This document shows, piece after piece, positions 23,335 to 38,400 of a DNA stretch of 64,000 nucleotides. Position numbers and translations under genes: made by a program. This DNA is from Octopus bimaculoides. Its lineage: Eukaryota. Position 1 is the stretch's first letter, and each line of letters opens with the position of its first letter. The notes under the pieces were generated by a model, which was given only the letters and a program-made list of their open reading frames with translations, had not been told where the DNA came from and ran no database searches. The stretch is from NCBI RefSeq assembly GCF_001194135.2, contig NC_069003.1:18910755-18974754 (forward strand), in the 5' to 3' direction.

Positions 23335-26300
23335 NNNNNNNNNNNNNNNNNNNNNNNNNNNNNNNNNNNNNNNNNNNNNNNNNNNNNNNNNNNNNNNNNN
23401 NNNNNNNNNNNNNNNNNNNNNNNNNNNNNNNNNNNNNNNNNNNNNNNNNNNNNNNNNNNNNNNNNNNNNNNNNNNNNNNNNNNNNNNNNNNNNNNNNNNN
23501 NNNNNNNNNNNNNNNNNNNNNNNNNNNNNNNNNNNNNNNNNNNNNNNNNNNNNNNNNNNNNNNNNNNNNNNNNNNNNNNNNNNNNNNNNNNNNNNNNNNN
23601 NNNNNNNNNNNNNNNNNNNNNNNNNNNNNNNNNNNNNNNNNNNNNNNNNNNNNNNNNNNNNNNNNNNNNNNNNNNNNNATATATATATATATATATATAC
23701 ATGTATATGTATACATATATATGTATAGATATATAGGTGTATATGTATATATATATAGATATGTACACATATATACATGCATACATATATACACCCATAC
23801 ACACACACATATACAGAGGTGCAGGTGTGGCTGTGTGGTAAAAAACTTGGTTCCAAAACACATAGTCCTGGGTTCAGTCCCACTGTGTGGTGACTTGGCA
23901 TGTGTCTTCTGCTATAGCCTCAGACCAACCAAAGCCTTGAGTGGATTTTGTAGACAGAAACTGAAAGAAATCAATTGTATATATATGTATGTATATATGT
24001 AAGTGTATGTGTGTGTCTTTGTCTCTGTGTTTCTCCTTCATCACTACTTCACAACTGCTGTTTGTTTATTTACATCCCCATAACTTACTGGTTTGACAAG
24101 AAGAAACTGATAGAATAAGTACCAGGCTTATCAAAATAAAAAAAGCACTAGNNNNNNNNNNNNNNNNNNNNNNNNNNNNNNNNNNNNNNNNNNNNNNNNN
24201 NNNNNNNNNNNNNNNNNNNNNNNNNNNNNNNNNNNNNNNNNNNNNNNNNNNNNNNNNNNNNNNNNNNNNNNNNNNNNNNNNNNNNNNNNNNNNNNNNNNN
24301 NNNNNNNNNNNNNNNNNNNNNNNNNNNNNNNNNNNNNNNNNNNNNNNNNNNNNNNNNNNNNNNNNNNNNNNNNNNNNNNNNNNNNNNNNNNNNNNNNNNN
24401 NNNNNNNNNNNNNNNNNNNNNNNNNNNNNNNNNNNNNNNNNNNNNNNNNNNNNNNNNNNNNNNNNNNNNNNNNNNNNNNNNNNNNNNNNNNNNNNNNNNN
24501 NNNNNNNNNNNNNNNNNNNNNNNNNNNNNNNNNNNNNNNNNNNNNNNNNNNNNNNNNNNNNNNNNNNNNNNNNNNNNNNNNNNNNNNNNNNNNNNNNNNN
24601 NNNNNNNNNNNNNNNNNNNNNNNNNNNNNNNNNNNNNNNNNNNNNNNNNNNNNNNNNNNNNNNNNNNNNNNNNNNNNNNNNNNNNNNNNNNNNNNNNNNN
24701 NNNNNNNNNNNNNNNNNNNNNNNNNNNNNNNNNNNNNNNNNNNNNNNNNNNNNNNNNNNNNNNNNNNNNNNNNNNNNNNNNNNNNNNNNNNNNNNNNNNN
24801 NNNNNNNNNNNNNNNNNNNNNNNNNNNNNNNNNNNNNNNNNNNNNNNNNNNNNNNNNNNNNNNNNNNNNNNNNNNNNNNNNNNNNNNNNNNNNNNNNNNN
24901 NNNNNNNNNNNNNNNNNNNNNNNNNNNNNNNNNNNNNNNNNNNNNNNNNNNNNNNNNNNNNNNNNNNNNNNNNNNNNNNNNNNNNNNNNNNNNNNNNNNN
25001 NNNNNNNNNNNNNNNNNNNNNNNNNNNNNNNNNNNNNNNNNNNNNNNNNNNNNNNNNNNNNNNNNNNNNNNNNNNNNNNNNNNNNNNNNNNNNNNNNNNN
25101 NNNNNNNNNNNNNNNNNNNNNNNNGCATAAGGGCCATAACCCCCATGAAAATTCATATATTTTTGCTCTTGATGAAATTTTAACCATAGATATTAGACAC
25201 AAATGAAGTAATATTTCTAAAATTTCATCTTCTTAGAAGTTAGAAAGACCCCTTCATGGGGACTTAACACCCACAATTTAGTCATTTTATCTAAACAAAG
25301 ACGAATACAGTTGTACTCTTGGAAGCTGTAGCGTCACCCGAGCATAAAAGATGAGCGTTATTTGTAATTCAATGGTACAAAAGTGTAAGAGTTTGCTTAG
25401 AGATGTACTTAGATTGTGATTTCTGCAATGTGGTGCATAAATTGTTAAGTAAATGAGAGGCATCTTTGCCTCCACTGATTCAGTTGCAAAGTGTTCAGTA
25501 AAGTTATGTGGTTGCAGACCTCCTTTGCGTCTTTTTATTATCACTGGGTCACACATAGTCCCCCAATGATAACATTGATTTCAAGGCCTTCCCAGATGAG
25601 TGACTGGTTATTGAAAGACATTTAGAGATTATAAATTTATTCTGTCCAGTTACCTATTGGTATAGTGGTCATTTACAAACTCCAGAGGTGACACTTTCAT
25701 TTCTCCTTAGCCCTCACGTCACACAGTTGTTAATGTTTATTTCAGTTGGGTCACACCCTCCCAATTGCTATAGATCCATAATGCATCTTACAGCTGTGCC
25801 TGTCACCTGTATGGTGAGGAATTCTACATTGGGGAGTAGTAACGACTAGGGTAGGGTAGCTGACTGCTTATTGTGATCATTCGTCTTTTGATTTCCAGTG
25901 AACATACATATATTTCCTAACTCAAAGAAATTCGAACAATACATATAAGACCCAAGTTAAAAAGATTCTCAACAATTCAACTTCTCTGGTTGACATTAAG
26001 ACACCCACCCCCAATAGGAGCCTTAACTCCCACATTTTAGAGCTCCATGACCTCCATTTTTCAGGAGCCAAATCCTTTTAACAGGTTCCATAAGACTGGA
26101 ATTTTGGAATCTGTGCATAAAGATCAGTAGTATGGGATACATGTGTCATGATTAAAATTTTTTTAGGGTGTGTAAAGAAGGAAAGAACCCTCATCTGCAA
26201 ATTTGATGAAATTTGAATCATAGGTATTCTAGTTCATTACAGAAAATATAACGGAAAAGTCTAATTCTTCAATTGAATGTAACATGGGCAATGCCGGGTA

Positions 26301-26926
26301 TCTCTGCTAATATATGTTAAAGATGTGATTTTCACCATTCTTACTCTTCTGGATTTCTTGAAATTCTTCCCAGTGATATTTGGATTTACTTGTCATACAT
26401 GAAGAATTACTTTGGATGTTTATTCTACTTGCATTTTTTGGTGTTTGATTGTTGGATATAGTTAACCAAATTCATTTAACACTAGATATCTGCCTGGATT
26501 TATTAATCCATTTTATATATTTGTACATCTGTACACATATCTTTGTATTTCTATCCATGTTGTATTTCTTTAGCTATCTCTCTTTTTCTCTAACTATCTC
26601 TATGTATGTCTGTATATCTCTATGTTACTGTCTCTGTCCCTATCTATCCCTATAAAGGAAATACTAGAAGTGAGACACTCCTCAAGTCAACCATCTCTAC
26701 CATTTTGTAATGAATATACATATTCATATCCCATGTTTTTTGTTTCAGATCACCAACTTCCCAGGTAAAACAGACCAACAGCTACAATGTGCGAGTATTA
26801 ATGATACATCTGACACCTGGATTCTTGAAACAGAATTTAAACTGAAAGGTATATTTTATACACAACAATCAGCTGTGGTAGTGAGTAATTTCATTCAAAA
26901 GTATTGATACATACATACATACATAC

Positions 26927-26974
<48 letters not shown>

Positions 26975-28025
26975 NNNNNNNNNNNNNNNNNNNNNNNNNN
27001 NNNNNNNNNNNNNNNNNNNNNNNNNNNNNNNNNNNNNNNNNNNNNNNNNNNNNNNNNNNNNNNNNNNNNNNNNNNNNNNNNNNNNNNNNNNNNNNNNNNN
27101 NNNNNNNNNNNNNNNNNNNNNNNNNNNNNNNNNNNNNNNNNNNNNNNNNNNNNNNNNNNNNNNNNNNNNNNNNNNNNNNNNNNNNNNNNNNNNNNNNNNN
27201 NNNNNNNNNNACTTCGTTTAAATTGTATTTTAAACGAAAGATTCGTTTAGATAAAATTTGCATTTAATATTTCTGTTAGTTTATATTCTAATAAAAAAAA
27301 ATGGAAGCAGAACATAACAGGGGACAACAAAACACTCGGATAGTTAGACTAAACAAAAAAATTACAGGAAAAAACAAGGGCAGGTTATTCGGACCTTTCA
27401 ATCTTCAGTCAAGTACCAGATTGTCTTTGCAGTTTTGGCCGGTTACTTTTGAGAGTGCTCTAATCTGGCCAGCCCCAAGAAAATCTAAGCTAGGAGCTCT
27501 AGTTTCTATGGAAGAAAGCAAGCAAATGTATATGAAAACAAGGACAAAAAAAAAAAAATGGTACATGATTACAAATACAAACAACAGGTGTCTTTCAACT
27601 AAGAGTCAATTAAATTAAGCTGGTGTGTGTGGAAGTGAAGCCTCATGGCAGGAACATAGAAGATTATCATCATGGGAAGGAATATAAGAGATACTACACG
27701 GATGGCAGTTGAACCAAGAAAGAAAGATAGATCAGGCTTGGCCGAACACCGGTCATGTGGAAGGAGAGGAGAGAGGTAGGGGGTAGAAGGATCAAAGAAT
27801 TTGGGAGGGACGAGAAGAAAGGTAAGGGACAGAGTGAGGTAAAGGATGAGGGAAAGTGATGAGAATCTAAGGAAGGCCAAAAATGTGAGAGAGGGTGGGA
27901 GCAAGTAAAGGAGAAGTGGCAGGAACAAAGAAAGTGTGAAGGGGGCTAAAGAAAAGAGTAAAACATTCGTACAGAACTTAGATATATATGTACTTAAATA
28001 CAGGAGACTGAAAGTGTACGTACAC

Positions 28026-28069
<44 letters not shown>

Positions 28070-31000
28070 ACAGAAAATGGAAGAAGACCGTAACAGGTGA
28101 CAATAAAACATTCGGACAGTTAGACAATACAAAAATGGACTGTAAACAGGCATGGTTGTGTGGTAAGAATTTTTATTTTCCAATGACATAGCCCCGGATT
28201 CAGTCCTACTGTGTGGCACCTTGGGCAAGTGTCTTCTACTGGAGTGTTTATGTCCTCATAGCTTAGTGATTTGGCAAAAGAGACCAATGAAATAATACTA
28301 GGCTTTAAAGAAAAAAAGTACTGAGATCAATTCATTTGACTTCAAATTCTTCAAGGTGGTGCCCCAGCATGACCACAGCCTAATGACTGAAACAAGTAAA
28401 AGAAGGAAAAGTCTCATTCATACAGTGTCATCTGTTTCCTGTTCTCCACAATGTAACTTGTCTTGGCTATTAGTTATTCAATAGACTGAGAGATTATTAC
28501 CTCTCTTGGAAAGAGGCAGAGATTGACATCAGGAAGGACATCTGGTAGTTGAAAACTCTCTTCCAACTTACTTTTATCTGTCAAACTTGCTTTTGCAAGT
28601 ATTGTAAAGCAAATGTGAAAACAGTCATGATATAGGAATCTGGAGGCTGATATTCAAAATGGTGATCTTTGGTTTTAGTTATATATGACTGCAGGATTGC
28701 TAACAAAAGTAAAGTAATTCAGAAAAATACAAAAATAGACCAGAGTGCTCTGAGTAAGCAAAATGAATATGTAAATATATTAAATTTCAGTATATTCAAC
28801 CAAAGCTGCAATCACAGGTCACTCTCAGGCTTCTGGCCTTAAAACAGCATTCACCCTGGTCACAATGATAGTTGAAAACAAGTGTCACTGTCATATAAGC
28901 AGTGTCATTCACTTCCAGTAATCTTCAAAAACATGTCTGGCCATGGAGAAATAATACCTTGCTTTGAAACAGGTGACAGGAAGGGCATCTAACTATAGAG
29001 AATCTCCTTCAATTAATTTCTTTTTTACCCCATGTAAGCATGGAAGAGTGGAAGTTAAAAGAATTATGATGATTATGATGAAGGTGATATTAAAAATGAT
29101 AATAACGTATTGAAATTACTTTTCTTCTAGGAATTGCTGATATTGCGTATGATTGGATTGGTAAAAACTGGTATTTCTCTCATAAAAATCGTGGAACGAT
29201 ATTTCTATGTACTGAAAATGGTAAACTATGCCAGATTATAAACCATATTGGTAAAGGGCGCAGAATACGATCGCTGATTCTAGATCCAACTAAAGGGTAA
29301 GTGAATAACTCCAGATTGTTACTGCTCTGATTAGGGCATTGAAATTAACAAGTGAACCATTCTGTTGATATTGTGTGTGCTAATAGTTGTGGAGGGCTCA
29401 AGAACAGTGGTTAAAATTCTCTGATTATGGTAATTTACAGGATTGAGATACACTACAGAACAAACTTCGTTTTAGCTTATTAAACTATCTTGTTTTTCAA
29501 TGCAAAATTAATTTTGTGTTTAAATAAATATTAACAAATTTGGCCAAGAAGTGTAAATGGGTAGAAAATGTTTGGACAAACTATCAGCTAATGTAGACAT
29601 TTTCACTTCCTACTCTCATTTTTATAGTTCGGCTCTATCAAAAGCTGGCTACAAACAAGATATTGAATATGAAAACCCTAAATGTATGAATACCAGTAAT
29701 AATAATGATAGATGTATTGATGGTAGTGATAATGTTAATAATGTATCAGTAAAGTGGCAGACAAGACAAATTCGAGTGATAGGGTTACACTAGTTTATAT
29801 GCCTGTGCAGTCTAACAACTGGCATGGTCATCTAGTGAGATTTTTCCTATTCCCCTAGTTAGGTGTTGTATGTGATACTAAAGGAACACATCATCTAACC
29901 CTATTAACCTTCGGTGGCACATGTATTTTATCCCATATATAATATATTATAGTGACCCATACATTTTGATTACCTATTTAACTTCAGTTACCTATAAATC
30001 AAACTAGAAATGTAACTAACGGATAGCTACATACCAGATAACTTATAAATGATACTGATTTGGTATATCCTCCTCTCCTCTCTGTATTATATAATATATA
30101 TTGGATAATTTTTACTTCACCTTCTAAACTCTATAACTTGAATAACAGGTGATATGCTAATACCACTACTCATTTTCCCTCACCCATTTTATAATGCTTT
30201 GTTTTAGGTATACGTATCTTTTCTATAAGTATGTATGTTTATAACCTGTAATGGATTTCTATCAGTATCTTACCTATCTTGTACCTGACTCTGAAAATCA
30301 TCACACAGGATACTACCAACCTTTCATCATTGGTTTTAATTATCAGAGTTCTCAGAAACCCCTTATTCTGCTTTGTATCATTTCTGAGTTCTATTCTGTT
30401 TAGTGTGCAACTACCTTTAAACATCCTGATAGTTGTATAATCCGTGTTATTGCTGTTGGTTATTATGCATTATTATTGCTTCTATATCAATATTACCGTT
30501 TTGGTAATATTATCTCTCACTCATTATTGTCACCACTCTCTCTAGTTATAACCCTGAATTTCTAATTAATTTCTTTCTCTTTCTATTTAGTTTTAAACTC
30601 TTATTATATGCTTAATTTCTTTATGTACCTATTATCTTAGTTTCATCCTCAGCTCTGATCTGAGTGTAAGTAACTGCTTACTTAGAAACGCATGTAAGTG
30701 TAAAAGCATAGCCGGAACCCTTGTCGTCATAACCAACCGAGTGCTCCTTTACTATATATAAAAAAGAATGACGGATTTTATGAATTGGCTTCATTGTGTT
30801 ATTTCTTATGTATAATTATGCTTATTTCTCAATTAGTCTTATTTCATATATAATAACTAGTATATAATAGTCTACTTATATATGAACTACATAGTTATGT
30901 TTATACCTATTTCTTTCTTCCCCCTAATTATAAGTGTTAGACTCCTCATATACACAAAGGTACATCTCTTTATTTATCCTTGATTAAGTCTGGTACTTAT

Positions 31001-31095
31001 TCGGTCAGTCTTCCCTGCCGAACCGCCAAACCATGGGGATGCAAACACACCAACACTGGTTGTCCAGCAGTGGTGGGGAAACAAACAAGATACAA

Positions 31096-31131
<36 letters not shown>

Positions 31132-34100
31132 GTATAAATACATACATATATATATATATATNNNNNNNNNNATACATATATGACGGGCCTTCTTCAGCTT
31201 CCCTCCCCAAAATGCACCCACAAGTCCTTGGTCAACCCAAGTCAGTCAGAATGGGTACTGACCATGCTTGAATGGTGCCTTTTACTGGCCACCGGCATGA
31301 GAGCCAATCAGGCATCTCTGACAATGACCATGCTCAAATGGTGCTTTTTACGTGCCACCAGCTTGGGAGCCAGTCAGGTGGCACTGGCAATGACCACACT
31401 TGAATGGTGCCTTTTACATGCCACTGGCATGGGTGCCAGTCAGGTGGTACTGGCATTGGCCACAACAATGACTTCACTTGACTCAACAGGTCTTCGCAAG
31501 TACAGCTTATTGCCCAATGATTGAAGGGTACTCTTAAATGGGCCGGTTATGCACCACTGGCTTCAGCCATGGTTACGATCTCACTTGGCTTGCCAGGTTT
31601 TCTCAAGCACAGCACACATCTCCAAAGGTCTTTGTCACTTGTCATCGCCTCTGTGAGGCCCAACATTTGAAGATCATGCTTCAGCACCCCATCCCAAGTC
31701 TTCCTGGGTCTGCCTCTTCCACAGGTTCCCTTTACTGCTAGGGTGTGACACTTTTTCACACAGCTGTCCTCATCCGTATGCAACATGACCATACCAACTC
31801 AGTCGTCAAAAAACAATACCTCTGTCAGGGTGGATGAACTCAATGACCATCCATCAAACCACAAATTGAACAGGGATTCCTTCACCATTTTTGATTCAAG
31901 CATTGCTGATTCTGTTGACAACTCCTTCACTCACTTCTCTCTCTCTCTCTCTCTCTCTCACATGCACACACATATATACATGTTTGACATCCAGTGTTGG
32001 TTTGTTTATGTTCTTGTAACATAGCAATTTGACAAAAGAGACTGATAGGGTAAGTACTAGGCTTTAAATAACAAAAAAAGAAAAAAAAAAGCACTGGGGT
32101 CAATTTGTTTAACTAAACCCTTCAAGGTCTGACCCAGCATAGCCACAGTCCAGGGACTAAAACTAATGAAAGATTGTGCTGGACCAAAAGAATGTACTGC
32201 TATATTCTGTAGTAATGTCTACAGATATATTTCTATAAAAATTCATCTTCATGTTTTCTTCATCTCTTCTACAGCTTTCTGTTTTATGCTGATTCCATTT
32301 CACATGTGATCTCTCGAATGACACTCGAAGGTAAAGATCTGAAGTCTTTGGTACACAAGAAGACCTTTTATCCAGCTGGACTGGCACTTGACTTTGCTAA
32401 TGAGCATGTCTATTGGTCAGACACATTTTATGAAAGTTTGGAACGAGTCTCGTATACTGGAGACGATCGTAGTATTGTCTTTCACGGCATTCAGGTAGGT
32501 TTGTTGGTTTGATTTCTTTCGTTTCTAATTTTACCTTTTGTTAAGTTGGTAAGCTGACAGAATCATTAGCATGATGGGCAAAATGCTTAGTGGTATTTCG
32601 TCTGTCTTTATGTTCTGAGTTCAAATTCTGCTGAGGTCAACTTTGCCTTTCATCCTCTCGGGGTCAATGAAACAAGTACCAGTCAAGTACAGGGGTCGAT
32701 GTAATCAACTTAACCCCTTCCCTGAACTTGCTGACTTTGTGCCAGAATTTGAAACCAATTTTACTTCAGTTGTTGCTGCTACTGCTATCTGCATTTCTAT
32801 TGTCACCCTAACCACTACTGTTGTTTGCTTCTACTACTACTACGATTACTTCCACTACTTCTATTACACCTATCCTAGTTAATCTCAGATTCATTTATTA
32901 CTGATCTAAGGTAATACTCAATTTTTTTTCCATCTTTGATTGCATTGTATGCAGTAGACGTATTTAGATATGAAACAGCATGAGAAATCCATACTGGTTA
33001 TAATTTCTATAAAAAATCTGTAGTGATAGTCTTAAAATGTACTTCAAAATTGATCATCTGGTTTAGCACTTAAGCAATACTTATATCCATTAATTCTGTA
33101 CATTTCACATCATGTTCTCTGCCAGAAATTTGGAAAAGACATGCTGTACTGCTTGGCATTCAAGCCAGAAGCTCCAATATGAACATTTCGAAGTGTTTGG
33201 ATGTCACTCTAAGGACATGTACTAAGAGAGATAAAAAATTAAACATCCAGTCAACGTCATAGTGTTTAGAGTGAGCACTAGTGATGGCAGTGTTATGTCT
33301 CCATTCATCTTCCCACATGGTCTCAGACACAACATGGAAGCCTACATCAAGTGCCGGGTGGAGGTAGTGCTGCCTTGGGTCAAGAGGGTGGCTGCTGGAA
33401 GACCTTATGCCTGGCAACAGGATTCTGCACCTTGCCACACAAATAGGAGAACCCAGTCATGGCTGTAAGACAATTTCTGCAACCACCTCACCCCTAACAT
33501 ATGGCAGCCTAACTCCCTAGACTGCAGCCCCCTTGATTATTGTCTCAGGCGCAGTTGAGTGAGAGACCAATAAAACTACTTGTAACTAAAGGCAAGGATT
33601 ATGTCAGCTTTCACCAACTAAAGCAAAGAGACTGTCCAGAAGAGTTGCAGGAGATTACAAAGTCTCGTCTAGGGCCCAAGGTTGAAGCCAATGGCGATTT
33701 TGTTGAATAAATTTACTCTTTAGTATTTTAAGATATTTTTATGTAATTTTGGTAAATATATCTGTTAATATGAGACGTCGGTGTTATTTTCATTCTTACA
33801 TTATTTAGACGACAGTCTACTCACCACATCTTGTATATATAGATAAGTATTTATATATATATATAATATTATAATTATAAATAAGGGCAAAAGAAAAAGT
33901 TTTCTATGCCAATATGCTGAGAAATAGACTTGAAATCGTCAATCACAACATACAATATACATCATTATGAATACACGTTCTGCTGAAATTGAGGAAAGCA
34001 AGCTAACAGAATTTTTTTTTTTTTAATGCGATGACCTCATTTTGTGTGAAGTTGTTAAAACCTTTGCCAGCAAAGGTGGCAGTTTTACTGCATTGTTGGC

Positions 34101-35349
34101 AGCCTCGTGTTGATTATCTTCAGGTGTGAAGCCCTCATAGTCCTGGATACACTCTGGCCACACCTTCCAGCATGTGAAGAGGGTTTCTTTTTTCATATCT
34201 TTAAGAGCAGAATGGATGACTGACAGGCACATTGCAATCATGAAGTTACACCAGTACTCCTTTAACTTGAAATTCTCGTCCGGATCCATTGCATCCACAA
34301 GATGTTGGAGAGAGTTCCGAGTGTAAAGTGCCTTGAAGGCACGAATCACACCTTGATCTATAAGCTGGATGAGGGCAATGGTGTTGGCAAGGAGGAACTT
34401 CACTTGGACTCCCTCATGATTCAAATCCAAAGAGTGACCACTAGCATTCTCCATAACAAGCAACACCTTGAATTCCATGCAAACATTTTGGAGGTATTCC
34501 TTGGCTTGAGGGATGAAACATTGGTAGAACCAATTCAAAGTTAGACTTTTTGTAATCCAGTCCTTGGGATTGTGTATCCAGTGGACAGGCAACAAGTTTT
34601 TATTCTTACTTTTGAAGGCTGTCGGGTTCACAGACTTGTGGATAAGTCCTGATTTTATCATGAAGCCAGCAGCATTGCCATACATAATTCGCATCACTTT
34701 GTCTTCTGTGCCTTAAATTCTGGGGCTCTGGCTTCCTCCTTCATGATGTACATTCTGGAAGGCATATATTGAAAACCTGTTCCAGCTTGTATCCTTTGTC
34801 CTCGATGATCTGCCTGAGAGTCTTGAGGTACTTCTCGGTTGCTTCTTCGTCTGCTAATGCTGTCTCTCCATGCAGGGGAACACACTTTATTTTAAACCGT
34901 CAGACCATCCCTTACTGGTTTGAAAATCTTCGGGCTCCAGTGCTATCAATGGTCTTGGTTTCAGTTCTTCTGTGCCTTCCACTCCGTCTCCTCTGTTAAA
35001 CTGCTGGTATAGTTTACGTGCTTTCACACAGAGAATGTTACTGCTTAAAGGGATGTTTTTCTTCTTGCAGTCACTGATACACAATGCCAAGGCAGATTCC
35101 ATCCTGACAAAGTGCTTGTTTCTCATTATTGTTATCTTCTTGGCACTTTCACAGAAACTTACTTCTACAGTAGTCCTGATTGCCACCTTGATCTTCTTTA
35201 TGTAGCGTATGGTGCTTTCGTTGACAACAGAATAGCAACCTACTGCAGCATAGCTTTTACCATCCAAGAACATTACAAGTTAGAATAAACATAAAATGCT
35301 GTTTTTATGGAGTGTCTATTTACTTCTGCTATGTCTGTATATGTATGTA

Positions 35350-35400
<51 letters not shown>

Positions 35401-38400
35401 TCATCATCATCATCGTTTAACGTCCGCCTTCCATGCTAGCATGGGTTGGACGATTTGACTGAGGACTGGTAAAACCGGATAGCAACACCAGGTTCCAATC
35501 TAATTTGGCAGAGTTTCTACAGCTGGATGCCCTTCCTAACGCCAACCACTCAGAGAGTGTAGTGGGTGCTTTTACGTGTCAGAGAGAGAGAGAGAGAGAG
35601 GTATATATACAGGCTGTGGTGAATAAACTGTCATCTCAATTATGCAGAAATGAATGAAAAGGTTGCAAGATGCAACGAAAATTTTAGAAAAAAAAAAGAA
35701 ATAAGTGGAAATTTTACCCTTGAGTGTGTTAAATTATAAGGCACTAAAAGAGAATGACTCTCCCCAGACACAACAGAAAATAACACTGACATCTCATTGT
35801 AACAAATATATTTGCCAAAATTACATAAAAATATTTTGAGATACTGAAGAGTAATTGGTTCAATGTCAGTGTACCAATTATTGGGGCAAAATTACCTTTA
35901 CAGTTGGATGCCCTCTGTTATTTTCTCAACTGTGAATTAAGAGTAGGCAGGTGATTGTTATTTTTGTATAACAAGTTTTTCTGTGTGCAGGTGTGTCCAC
36001 AATAGGTTTACTTGTGTATCTCTACTGGAGGATGAAGAGCAACAGTGACCTTAAACTAATAATCTTTATGTTCTGATAATTATTTAATGTGGGACTATAT
36101 TTATATATATAGATATAGATATATACATATATCATCATCATCATTGCTGACATGGGTTGGACAGTTTGACAGGAACCAGCCAAGCAGAAGACTACATCAG
36201 TTTACTGTCTGGTTTGGCATGGTTTTTATGGTTGGAATCCCTTCCTGACACAAACCATCCACTAGAGTGGACTGAGTGCTTTTGACGTGCATTAGCACAG
36301 GTGAGGTCAGTTTTGGCAAGGTTTTTACAGCTGGATTGGAGGAGGTTGTCTTGTGTCAGATGAGGAAAGGCTAGAGTGTGACTGAGAGGCAAAAACAGGT
36401 GTCTTGCTATAGAGGAGGTACATGGTTACCTCTCCAGAGAGAGAGAGAGAGGTTACATGACAGAGGACTGAAATAGGTGTACTGCTGTAAAGGAGATACT
36501 TGGTTAACTAGCCAGAGGGAAGTCCAAGAGAAGAAAAGATAGTCACCAAGAATGATGGCAAAAACAGATGTGCAGAGGGAAGAGTAAGGGAAAGACAGTG
36601 AGAGAGAGAGCAGGAGAGAGACGATGGTGAAGTGCCAGGGTATACTCATAGGGAACAGGGATCAGAGCATAGATGAGATGGTAGAGTAAGGAAGAGAGTG
36701 ATACATATTAATGTTTGTTTTTATGTTTAGTTGTAATAAAACCTATTTTACATCAGTCTGATAGGTTACTCTATACTTTTGTAGAGTACAAATTTATTAT
36801 TAACAAGTAATATTTGTAGCCACTTTAACATGGCTGTCCATTCGAGTGGATTTTACTGTGATTTTTTAACCCCAGGCAGATATTTCCTCTAGCTGGTTAA
36901 CGATGCACAGCTGCACTAGTACTTGGGATCACCAAGTAACATACACGCAGGACAAGGCTCCTTCACAGAATGGGTAGGAGTCAGTATTAAGGGAGGTGGA
37001 TGTAGAGGGGCTAAATTAGGAACGAAGGATGGGAACAGGTAGGTATCTTATTGAAAAGGAGATACATGGGTACCTCAGGAGGAGGGGTGCTCTCAACATA
37101 CAAGGTGTTTAGAGAGAGAATACAAAAAAAAAAAATTAAATAAACAACTAGAAATAATTAATTAGGAAGAGAATAAAAACCATATTAGTCATTGACTGAT
37201 GTTATTTTAATGGGTTGCCTTAGCCAAGCATAGCCTTTACTGTTCGTGTTCATGTAAGTGAATGTACAAGACTGTACACTTGTTGGTGGAAGAGAAATAT
37301 ATATATTTCTGAGAAAGAAATCTTGATTCTTACTGAAGTCAATGTTGCTGTTTATCCTTCTGGAGCAAAGCTGGATCAAGATTTTATAGGCTTCTGTATT
37401 GGAAATACTATGAAACCCTCTCTGTGAAATTTTCAGTAACTTGTCCCTAAATCTCTGGAGCCACCCCACCCCACCTGCTCCATTGGTAGAGAGCCTTTAG
37501 CTGCAGCTTCTAATGCTCATGTACACATTTAAAAGTTGCTGTCACATTAATTTTATTGTTTTTGTTTGAAATAATTTGTTTTACTATTTTCATATCTCTG
37601 TGTCTTCGTGTCTTGTAATGGTTTTTCCTAATCTTCAGGTGAAGCATGTCTATGGAATATCCCTCCTGGAAAATTCTATATACCTAGCTTACCATTACTT
37701 TGGCACCATCAACAAGTTTGACAGATTTGACCACACTTCCAAACCAGTAACAATAAAGAATTTTTTGACAAATCCAACTTCCATCCATGTCTACCACCGA
37801 CAAAGGCAGCCTGACTTGGAGAGAGGTAAATATTTATCACATCTTAATAAAAGAAAAGAAAAAAAGGAAGAAACAAGGATATTAAACCCAGGTATTTCCT
37901 TGCTTTGATCCAATGGTAGAATGCCTGTCACATTTACAGCAAATGTCCAACCCATGCCAGCATGGAAAACAGACATTAAATGATGATAATGATTGGGTCA
38001 TGTCCCATGGTTCATATCCCATGGACAGCCTTCAACTCATCCTCTCTGAAGGGTTTTTAACCCAGTATTTACACACTATTATTTATAGTTTTATCTGTTT
38101 CAAGATTCACCACTCCAAAAAAGAATTATTTCATCTTTGCTTTCTGTGTTCAAATTCCACTGATGTTGACTTTGCCTTTCAGCTTTTTGGGATCGATTAA
38201 ACAAGTACCAGTCGAGTACTGGGGTTGATGTAATCAACTTACTCTGCCCCCATTTTCACCTACCCACCTACTCTGCCCATGTTTTTTTGCTACAGACATT
38301 GTCCAGGTTGGACATTATCTTGATCACAGTCACCACCTGAGAAATACCTACAAAGAGTGATGGCCCCTGCCTCCTGACAAATTTCTATGAAATTTGTTCT

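Noticed and set aside
27290-28140. About 65-bp degenerate direct repeats (27297-27360, 28073-28140) and a CTGAAGA..GAAT motif at 27385-27408 (-)
   Set aside because: May be a PLE-like remnant, but stems are unconvincing and no coding motif was recognised.
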